A stretch of DNA of 63,843 nt, filler included, from Craspedostauros australis (lineage: Eukaryota), in the NCBI GenBank assembly GCA_030167865.1. It is 21 parts of 21 records of this genome, joined end to end, with 100 filler letters (N's around TTAATTAATTAA, not from the genome) between each part and the next. Parts side by side here need not be neighbours in the genome. Positions count along the whole stretch, not along the records: positions 46,435 to 51,054 come from JALAGF010005171.1; positions 51,155 to 53,055 come from JALAGF010005172.1; positions 53,156 to 55,787 come from JALAGF010005173.1; positions 55,888 to 57,458 come from JALAGF010005174.1; positions 57,559 to 58,853 come from JALAGF010005178.1; 16 more parts are not named here. The stretch is one strand, 5' to 3'. The notes under the pieces are model-generated. The model had not been told where the DNA came from. It searched no databases and was given only the letters and a program-made list of their open reading frames with translations. This document shows, piece after piece, positions 49,048 to 58,853 of this stretch. The number at the start of each line of letters is the position of its first letter. Within the stretch, counting starts at the first letter, position 1. The position numbers were made by a program, and so were the translations under genes.

Positions 49048-49437
49048 AGGTTGTATGGTAACATACACACCCATTCAGTTTCATGGTGGACTCCGAGTAT
49101 CCTCGTCAAGTTATGAAGAGGCCCAATATTATGCTATTTCTGGTTTGGACAATTTGGTTACTTTCATTCGATCGACATGCATACGTTGGCCGGCAGACTA
49201 TTCCAACCATCGGTACTTGATGGTTGCTCTTGGCGCGCGTCAACTTGCAGCTAAATGGATGACGCGGATCGGCCAACTCCCTGCATGCGAGCATCGCTCT
49301 GCGATATTACATCCAGCGACTTCGTGCTCGGCAGCCAACATCGAAATTGCTGTGCCGTTGTGAGCACACCAACATCAAATCACTGTCAAGAATGAGCGAG
49401 CGCTGGACTGCGTGGTCGCTCTTCATGACTGCTGTGT

Positions 49438-51054
49438 TCACTCCTGCAGCAGCCACGGCTTGGACAGCTTCCGGGCCGGGGCATGCGTGTGGATCGACTT
49501 GAACTTGTCAGCGTCCTCGTAGTCGCGGAACGTTCTCCAGTCCTTCGGATCGGCGGATTCGTTCGCACCGTCAAAGGTCTCGTAACGATGAGCCGAATCC
49601 AGTTGCAACATGTTGACGACTTGCAGGGCGCGTTCGTTGAGTTCCTGCCGTGACCCGAAGCTGATGGGATACTTGCTGATCTTCATCACGCCAGCAACCG
49701 CCTTGGTGGATTCCGCGTAATCAGAGTGAGCACATTCTTCGATGGACTTCTCCAACTCCTCTTCGTCAATTTCTTCCCACGCTTGGTCTATGGCATCACA
49801 GTAGTTCTTATCCATGGATTCGCGGTTGTACTTCGATTGGAGCATTTCCACCGCCATCTTGTGATTGATCTGTTCCAGCTCCTCATTTGTTTCTGTCAGA
49901 ACAACCCGTCCCGTGACCAGCGAGGCGAAGAACCAACCCAGAACGTCGGCATCGAACATCGGATTGTACGTAATTTGGTCCATGAACATCATTTTGCGGT
50001 TGGTGATCTGCGTGTAGAGCAGGTCAGGTAAAACGCGAAGTGAGTGGATACCGTTGAGATGAAGCAGACTCACACAACATGTATAAGCACAAACACAAGC
50101 AGAGGTGGAGCAGAGTTGCGTTGTATTGCAGACGGGGGATGACTGTAAGAATGTGTCGATACATCAATGTGGTGGAGGTTCAACATCCGATCACGGCAGC
50201 GGTGATGTTGGTTCGCACCTGCGTGGTCACATCATGGGTTAAGAAAATCATGAGCGTCGCAGGGCGCTGAGGACTGGCAGATTGACTTACCTTGACGCCA
50301 TAAAAAAAGTCGAGGAGGTGCTCGGTTGAGTAGACGCACTCCTCAGCCTTGACATCAATGCCGAATTTCCTGAGAGGATCCATCTCCATCTTCCAATCGT
50401 CTGGAACAACGAGTTTAGTGAACTTCGACTTGCCATCACCACGATGAAGCTCANNNNNNNNNNNNNNNNNNNNNNNNNNNNNNNNNNNNNNNNNNNNNNN
50501 NNNACCATACCCAGTGCAGAAGATGATCGTGTCAACATTCTGAATGGGAGGGAGCTCCTCGGCCTCCTCGTCGAGAAGGTACTCGCCTGGCCATTCCCAG
50601 TACACGCGCTCGAGGAAGATGGTGTTCTCATTGGTGGTCTTGAGCTGCGCTTCGACGTGGATCGTCACCCGATTGCCTGGCCAACACGTGTTGTCTAGGA
50701 TGTCCGGCTCCGAGGACCGCGATAGGATGTACACATGGTTGGCGCCAAGCTTGACAAGCTGGTTTCCCAGATCCTCGGCTGAGTAAGCAGCTCCGACCAG
50801 GACAACGTTCTTGCCCTTCAGGTCTTGCTCGAGGCAGGCCGAGTCAGCAGAATGGAAGATGGTCCCAGTGAAGCCACCCTCCTTGATCCTCTGCAGCGGT
50901 TGCTTGGGGATGTTCTGCTTGCCATTGTTTCCGCCGGCCCAAACGCAGTAGTCAAAGAGCTGGGTCTTCTTGTCCGACAGCTCCATGTTCTCCGTCGTGA
51001 CCTCGAACTTGTCGAGATCCTCCTTCCATTCGACACTGAGCACCTTGGTGTTGA
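49438..51054 (-). CDS. Flavin-containing monooxygenase, 3' part (gene B), intron 50290-50008
   Basis: FDYCVWAGG, FTGTIFHSAD (FxGxxxHxxx signature), VVLVGAAYSAEDL, DTIIFCTGY. A phase-0 intron AAG|GTAAGT...CTGAC...CAG|ATC joins FYGVK to ITNRKMMF. Stop at 49440-49438. Confidence 0.9.
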
Positions 51055-51166
51055 NNNNNNNNNNNNNNNNNNNNNNNNNNNNNNNNNNNNNNNNNNNNTT
51101 AATTAATTAANNNNNNNNNNNNNNNNNNNNNNNNNNNNNNNNNNNNNNNNNNNNGAAGCTGGCAAC

Positions 51167-51722
51167 ATGCCTGCCATTCAACCAACTGCAGAGCAGCTTG
51201 CCGCTGAGCAACGTGCTGCCAAAGAGCAACAACTTGCCGCCAAGCAAGAAGCTGCCGCAGATCAACAACCAGCTGCAAACAAAACCGGAGACGAAACTAC
51301 CGGATTGCAAGCAGCAGCAGGACAACAACCGCAGATGCAAGACATCCAATTGGCCATTGAGCAGATCACCACTCTTCGAGCCGAACTGCAGCAGCACCTT
51401 GATGCAATGACTGCACGTGAGCTGGAACTCCGAGATAGGGAGGCCACTCTCGAACGAGAGCAACGAGCGCTTCAGGCCAAGAGCGCCAAGCTCCAAACCT
51501 GAGCTGTCGAGTTCAATACCATGGTGGACTCGCCAATTGACCCCCCCCCCCCCCNNNNNNNNNNNNNNNNNNNNNNNNNNNNNNNNNNNNNNNNNNNNNN
51601 NNNNATGACAAGCGCATCATGAGCATGCTGGATGATGCCACACCATTCAGAACTCCCACTCCACGCAAGCCCACCAAACCTATCATGGGCAACATCGTGG
51701 AGGAGGGAGGACTGCCTCAGGG
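51167..51722 (+). pseudogene. Probable truncated gag relic
   Basis: Ala/Gln coiled-coil ORF, then after a stop and a gap ..TPRKPTKPIMGNIVEEG, resembling KPTVPIMGGILKQG in the Gag at 1-1005. Confidence 0.4.
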
Positions 51723-52473
51723 ACGGGTGGAGGAGGGGTGTGAGCTGCTGGGGGAGCAGCAGTATCAGCATCAGTGGCCTGGTTGGTGGCACCACAATTG
51801 CTTGTGTTGTTGGCATTGTTGGCACTGTTGCTGCGGCTGTCATTGTTGATGACAACGCCACTGTTGGCAGTGTCACTGCAGTATGGATTCACCACATCAG
51901 GATGGGCAGGAAGGAAGGCATATCATGATCAGTCTTTTGAGTGTGGTGGTAGCAACGAGCATCATGAAGTTGACAGCCATATGTGCGACGCTCCTGCCAT
52001 GCCATGTCATGTGTGGTGTGGGACGTCTCCTGAAGTTGTTAGATGTGTGACTACGGTGATCAGAGGTGTTCAGAGAGAGAGAGAGAGGGACCGGAAGTGG
52101 CTGAAAGTGTGTGTTGTGTGGTGAGTTATTGCAATTTCTGTACATTGCATTTGGGGTGTGTGAGATGTGTGTGTGTGTGTGTGTGGCTTGCATAACTGTG
52201 TGTGAACCGTGCTGACAGTGTTTTTGGAATGTGGGGTGTGTCCATGGGCTGTGTCCATGGGCTGTGTCGATGGATATTGGCCAGTGTTTGCTTTTGTGTG
52301 ATGTGTGGTGATTGATGGCCGTTGCTGTGCGTTCCATTTGAGCATATGCGTTGTGTATGGCTAACGGAATCGTATTGATAGTGTGTCAGCCGCTCCACAG
52401 TGTGTTCCAACCGTGTTCCAACCGTGTGTGAGTGTGTGTGTGAGCACGTGGATGTGTGTGTGTGAGTGTGTGT

Positions 52474-52961
52474 GATGAATTTGTATCAAGGGTTAGGTTG
52501 GGCGATACTTTTAGGAGTTAGTCGCGCGGTTGGGGGTGGGGTTTAGGAATAGATATCTGCTAATTTTCATTGTGCTGTGAGTGATGGTAAGGGTCAGGGT
52601 GTTATGAATTTGTATCAAGGGTTAGGGTGTTAGGGTGTTAGGGTGTTGCTGTGTGACGAATTTGTATCAAGGGCTAGGGTGTTAATGTGTGATGAATTTG
52701 TATCAAGGGTTAGGTTGGGCAGTACTTTTAGGAGTTAGTTAGGGTATGCGTGGTTGGGGGTGGGGTATAGGAATAGATATCGGCCAATGTGTGTGTTGTG
52801 CTGTGAGTGATGAAAAGGGTCAGGATGTTAGGGTGCTCATGTGCAATGAATTTCTATCAAGGGCTAGTAGGGTGATGAATTTGTATCAAGGGTTAATGTG
52901 TTAATGTGTTAATGTGTGATGAATTTGTATCAAGGGTTAGTTTGGGCAATACTTTTTGGAG
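52474..52961 (+). repeat. Subtelomeric (telomere-associated) repeats
   Basis: Seven copies of GAATTT(G/C)TATCAAGGG(T/C)TA; higher-order units start at 52474, 52691 and 52918; degenerate TTAGGGTG units are interspersed. Confidence 0.9.
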
Positions 52962-53055
52962 TTAGGGTTAGGGGTTAGGGTTAGGGTTAGGGTTAGGGTT
53001 AGGGTTAGGGTTAGGGTTAGGGTTAGGGTTAGGGTTAGGGTTAGGGTTAGGGTTA
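52962..53055 (+). repeat. Telomeric (TTAGGG)n array
   Basis: ~15 units (one TTAGGGG variant) with the G-rich strand running 5'->3' to the scaffold end. Confidence 0.95.
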
Positions 53056-53155
53056 NNNNNNNNNNNNNNNNNNNNNNNNNNNNNNNNNNNNNNNNNNNNT
53101 TAATTAATTAANNNNNNNNNNNNNNNNNNNNNNNNNNNNNNNNNNNNNNNNNNNN

Positions 53156-53680
53156 GTTGACTTGGGAGTTGAGCTGTCCGGCTTGAGCGGTCATGAGGAT
53201 CATGGCGGCTCCGGATCCGAGGAAGATCTGGATGATGATATCTGGGAGTCCGAAGACTTCGGCATCGGCAAGCGGGGCGCCGCACTGGTTGATGGTGAAG
53301 ACCATGAGGAGGACCATGAACTGACGTCCCATGAGGTAGCGATCGAGGTTGTCACCCTTGTGGNNNNNNNNNNNNNNNNNNNNNNNNNNNNNNNNNNNNN
53401 NNNNNNNNNNNNNGGCGAGGGAGGTGCACTTGTGGCTGGTTGGGTGGGATTCGACGTAGAGGTCGCGGTCGACTGGTGGGAGACCGACGAGGGAACCTTG
53501 TCCTCCCTCCACCATGTTGAGCCAGACGAGGGCGGTGATCATGACGACCAAGGCGACCACTGGGTGGACCTCGGACGACACCTTGGTCTGCTCATTGAAG
53601 ATGAGTCCGCAGACGATGGTGATCGAGAAGATGAGGAGTCCGGTGGAGTACACCGACTTGACGAGCTGAACGGGATCCAT
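53156..53680 (-). CDS. SIT: Silicon transporter, N-terminal part
   Basis: WLNMVEGGQGSLVGLPPVDRDLY, HKGDNLDRYLMGRQFMVL and GQLNSQVN carry the EGXQ and GRQ motifs of diatom SITs, with hydrophobic helices. Confidence 0.96.
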
Positions 53681-54969
53681 CTTGGGTTATTTTTCTTGCT
53701 TTGCTTCTTACTTGATGCGCTGTTTGCTTGGATTGAGCGTTGTGTCTTTCCAAACTTTGGGATTGTGAGTGAAGCAGAGTCCTTTGTCAAACAGTGTGGC
53801 TGTGTTGCAGTTTCTTGTGCTTGATCCATGTTTTTCTCAATGGTTTCTCGCAGTGTCTCGCGATGGCATGCTTCGCTGTGGCTTGTTGTCCACATCTGGG
53901 TGCTTGACAACTTGGTGGCTTGATGGCTTTGCGACTTGGCGAAAGAAATTTATTCTTGTACGACGACGGAACACCCAATGCGCTCACCCGGCGTCACGAC
54001 TGCGCACTTTGAATGGCCTGACATTGGCATTGAGCATTGCAATTTATTCAGACTTGTTTAAAATTATTCCCAAGACACAATCTCAAATGACCGTTGTCAA
54101 TTTTGCTTCCCTGAGAAAGAACTCGAAGGAAAACAAACGGTCACATTCGGAGAATCTTCGACTCGGGCGATCCGAACGCGGATAACAGAGGGGAGAACAC
54201 GTCCTTCATGTGGAAGACAGCCCGCCCGATGAGAGTCGTTGGCTTGTCACACTCCAACGATGTCCAAACACATGGTAAGGAGTGTTGATTTCGGTATGCC
54301 ACTTAGGTCAACGAATTGGCGTGGCGGTTATAACATGTCTTGATAAACGTCCAATGTAGTTATTCTTATCGCATGTGGCTTCACTTGCATGTCGTTTCGC
54401 CAGTCGATCCCGATTTACTGGCAAACGTCTGAGACTTCAGGTTCAGCGGTCACATTTTCAAGGACAACAGTATCCGGCAGGGCAAAGTGAGGAAAGAAGC
54501 AACAAGCACAGATGGCCGATCGCGAGGATGGCAAGGCATCTTGCTTGCGACGCACCGCAGTGATCATGGAGCGCCAAGTATCAAGCATCCTCGGACCTTC
54601 ATCGTCCTGTCAATCGACCTCCCGACGACTGCAAGTAGATCCGACGATCACAGAACGAACCAGGCCCTGCGTTGCCGCTTGTCAAACCAAGTTGTTCAAA
54701 CATTGAAGACATCGATGGACATCGGCAAACCCAAACACATCAACCACACACAACAGCATTTCATTCGAAGGCCTCCCATTTGCGCACCTGCATGTTGGAT
54801 ACTGCTTCGAGCAATCACAAAAGTTCAAATCAATTCAATTAAACACACAAAGCACACACACACACACACACAAATCACTCACGTTCAAAGCAAGCAAGCC
54901 GAGAAACGGAGTAGACAAGTGACGTCAACATCGACAAGCCAACCACAAGCAACCGAGACAACCCTCATC

Positions 54970-55787
54970 ATGAAGACATCCATCACCAACACTATATGCC
55001 TCGTCGCACTCTTGCTGGCGACGCTCACATGGCACAACGCAGATGCTCGCGTCTTCAGTGCGGAGCATCACAGCCGTGACTCCCGCCGACGCGGAGTCCG
55101 CGGACAGCAAGACATCATCCGAGGTTCGCGCCGCGCCCAAGAATCGAGCAGCGGCAAGGGCGACAGTGGAAAGGGAGATGATGGAAAAGGAGACGAAGGC
55201 AAGGGAGGGAAGGGCTACGACTGCTCCGGCAAGGGTGGAAAGGGAGGAAAGGGAGGCAAAGGCGGAAAGGGAGATGATGGAAAAGGAGAAGACGGGAAGG
55301 GCGATGAAGGCAAGGGTGGAAAGGGTGGAAAGGGAGATGAAGATGAAGACGAGGACGAGGACTTTGAGTGCATCTGTGACGAAGGCAAGGGCGGCAAGGG
55401 CGGCAAAGGAGGAAAAGGCGACGACGGCAAAGGCGGTAAGGGAGATGACGGCAAGGGCGGTAAGGGAGATGACGGAGATGACAGCATCGATGGTAAGGGC
55501 GGCAAAGGTGATGAGGGCAAGGGTGGCAAGGGTGATGAGGGCAAGGGTGGCAGATCGTGCTGTTGCTCTGAGCAACCCAGCAGCAGCCCAAGCAGCCCTC
55601 CGAGTCTCCAACCCAGCGAAATGCCATCCGTCGACCCAAACCGAATCCAAAAAGATCAACCAATCAGTTTTGACTCCGCATCCGCAGAACCAACGGGAAA
55701 TCCGACAGTGATTCCGACATCTGTTCCAACCTCCGTTCCCACCTTCCAGCCAACTCTGAAGCCCACATCTGGACCGACATCTGGACC
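54970..55787 (+). CDS. Secreted Lys/Gly/Asp-rich silaffin-like protein with PT/PS repeats (partial)
   Basis: Signal-peptide-like MKTSITNTICLVALLLATLTWHNADA, Arg-rich pro-region ending RRAQ, many GKGGKG / GKGD(D/E) units, an acidic run DEDEDEDED, then PSSSPS / PTSVPT repeats; open to the scaffold end. Confidence 0.75.
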
Positions 55788-55921
55788 NNNNNNNNNNNNN
55801 NNNNNNNNNNNNNNNNNNNNNNNNNNNNNNNTTAATTAATTAANNNNNNNNNNNNNNNNNNNNNNNNNNNNNNNNNNNNNNNNNNNNAAAATTCCCCGTA
55901 GTCCCAAAAGTAACGTGCTCC

Positions 55922-57214
55922 TGTAACGCTCAGGAGTGATCGATCATGCGCTTGCCACGTTAACGGTAGGGCGGTATTTGTTGTTTCTGTACTCTATTTT
56001 GGTTCAGTCCCATACAATCGGGAATTACTGATGTCACACATTTCGACAGTGACCAACATCACGATACACGCGACTACGGCCCCCATGTTGCAACCANNNN
56101 NNNNNNNNNNNNNNNNNNNNNNNNNNNNNNNNNNNNNNNNNNNNNNNNNNNNNNNNNNNNNNNNNNNNNNNNNTGTTCTTGTGAAGCATGGAAGACTGTG
56201 ATCCAATCGAATCAGATGAGCCAGGTGATGCCTGTGATTCAGCGATGTCTATGCCAATGAAACTATTGGAGGGAAGACAACGTGATGAGTGCATGTCGAG
56301 ATGTACATGTGAGTATATGTCAAGATGTACGTGTATATGTGCATCGTTCACCCGCTATTCTCTCATACGCGCTTGGNNNNNNNNNNNNNNNNNNNNNNNN
56401 NNNNNNNNNNNNNNNNNNNNNNNNNNACATGTGAGTATATGTCAAGATGTACGTGTATATGTGCATCGTTCACCCGCTATTCTCTCATACGCGCTTGGAC
56501 GGTATAACTACACTCGTGTCGATAGTATGCTGTGATTCGTCAGAATTACAGGGGAAATGGAACACACGAAAAGGGGCAAGATTTCTGGAGGAAANNNNNN
56601 NNNNNNNNNNNNNNNNNNNNNNNNNNNNNNNNNNNNNNNNNNNNNNNNNNNNNNNNNNNNNNNNNNNNNNNNNNNNNNNNNNNNNNNNNNNNNNNCGATA
56701 TCATCTGACAGGCTGCTGCATCACCAATGGAACGTGACATCTGGAGAGCAGAAGGACGCCTACTGACGTCAACAGGATGTCATCATGTCACCGCGTCGAC
56801 ATCTGTCTCCAACTCAGAGCAGGAGGCGAAGATCCGATGACCGAAGGACATCAGCATCATGGATACTGAAGGTGAACTTCAAATGGCGAGTACTCATGGA
56901 GTAGGAGCCAGTACTGAATGAACGGAGTGTCGAATGCAGAGTACGCATCGAGCACGGAGTATCGTGTAGCATGAACACACGATGTTGAGAGAGAGAGAGA
57001 GAGAATACAGATAGGAGCGAGAGAGCATCTCGCGTACTGACTCATAGTCGGAGACCGAATCTACGAAACAGATTGAAGCTCTGAGAGCATCGGGTGAGAG
57101 GACGGCGTACACCGAGAGCATCGGAGTAGCCAACTAATGAAATAGCAAACAGACGACTATCAACCAACACCATCTTCCACGATCGTAGGTTACCGTGAGC
57201 GGAACTTGCCAACA
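55922..57214 (+). mobile_element. Full-length LTR family A copy
   Basis: TGTAACGCTCAGG...GGAACTTGCCAACA. Length is ~1171 bp after removing the ~122-nt gap-flanking redundancy, matching the 1173-bp solo LTR. No TSD (GCTCC vs CGCTT). Confidence 0.75.
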
Positions 57215-57558
57215 CGCTTTGGGGAGTATTAGCGCACGCTAAATCTCTAACAATAGCGACACCCGTCGACCAATCAGAAATCTTCACTTTTCTTACCTTT
57301 TCCGTTCCGAACGGAAATTTTGGTCGAAAATCCGTTGTGTCAGATTTGTGTCGCATTTCGCGTCGCAAGAATCATTTTCCCTCAATCACAGATCCAAAAA
57401 TGTCGTGGAAATTGATTTCTTGCCAAGATGAGCCAATCTGCCCAATCAGGACAGACTTNNNNNNNNNNNNNNNNNNNNNNNNNNNNNNNNNNNNNNNNNN
57501 NNTTAATTAATTAANNNNNNNNNNNNNNNNNNNNNNNNNNNNNNNNNNNNNNNNNNNN

Positions 57559-58853
57559 TCATCTTGTGGAGGTGCATCACGTCCGCCATGCACTCCCAGC
57601 CCAGTCTGGATGCATCCGCGTGTCGCCATGGAGTGTGGTAATTCACGAGGAGCGCTTGGAGGGGGTGAAAGGATCGTATGGACGAGATACGGATCCATAT
57701 CTGAACTGTATCCACATTGAAACTGATTTTTCGAAAACGATCTGTTTCGGTGTGTGGCTGCATTGCTGCATGCAGAGCCGATGTCTGAGGCCAACCTTCA
57801 TGGAGTGGATAGCTGGGGGGTATGCAGAGCGAATGGTATGCACAGTTTGCTGAAATACAAGGATNNNNNNNNNNNNNNNNNNNNNNNNNNNNNNNNNNNN
57901 NNNNNNNNNNNNNNNNNNNNNNNNNNNATCAACAATTTTTTCTCGGATCCACCACACAACACACAGCAAACCAACATGACTTCCACAATATTTTCTATAC
58001 TCATTTAACTGAAATATTCTGATTAACAGATAGCCAGGCGTCTGAATGCAATGTTTATTTTTAATTTTAAGTGATGTGTTGTTGAGATATAGCATGATAA
58101 GCAGATATTGGATGTGCTTTTTGGACGGCCTCTAGACTCGTTTTANTAGCCTGACCGGGCACCCACAAATCTCCACAACTAGTGTTATCGCGGCGACGCA
58201 CAACCATCACAAAATTTCCGTCCCATCATCCAACACAGCCTCACTTTCTGCATTCACCTTTGCTGTGTGAGCATCACACCACATCTGATGGTCCAATTCC
58301 TCTTCCTCTTTCTGCAACTCTTCTTCTCTCTGCTCCTCCTCTGTTGCAGCTGGCGCATTGTGGATCGCCACGATTTCAGATGCTGCTACTTTGCTTGTTG
58401 GGTTGGTGTTGGTGTTGGTTTCCGCCTTGATGAGAGCGGCCTGCTTCTTGTCCTTGCGTTGTTTGGCGTTGTACGCTGCAGACAGCGACGCTTTCACGCG
58501 CATGGGATTTGCGTGCAGTTGTACGTACCAGTCAGTTTTGGTGCTGTTGTCGTTCATCAATTGTTCGTGTGCTTCATGTTCGGATGGTCTGTTTTTTGGG
58601 TCCTTCGCGGACGCTTCACTGATGTTCTTCAATTTGTCCGCGATGTAGTCTGGTAGTTTCGCGTTGATCCGTACAGTTTTGCTTGCCCAGCCTGGCACTG
58701 CGAGTGGTGGATGTTCTGTTTCGGCGGTCTTGTCCTTCAACTCCGCGGTGTTGTCGGACGGAAGACATTGTTGTGCGACTTGGAGGACTTTGCCGAACAC
58801 AATTGCCTTGCTCTCCGCCGCTGTGCGCCCGAGTTTTCGCGTCTTGTCCGTCT
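57559..58853 (-). mobile_element. Sola-like element copy 3: transposase C-terminus (58853-58207) and 3' non-coding region
   Basis: AETEHPPLAVPGWASKT..AKDPKNRPSEHEAHE..QMWCDAHT..TEIL* is close to copy 2; the downstream DNA aligns with ~14280-14900. Confidence 0.8.

Noticed and set aside
53364..53413. 17-aa insertion in SIT
   Set aside because: The flanks join with a one-base overlap to give SLAHKGDNLDRY, as expected for SITs; the gap is probably a placeholder.
52962..53680. SIT gene adjacent to a telomere
   Set aside because: An artificial linker (53056-53155) separates them, so the adjacency is not evidence of linkage.
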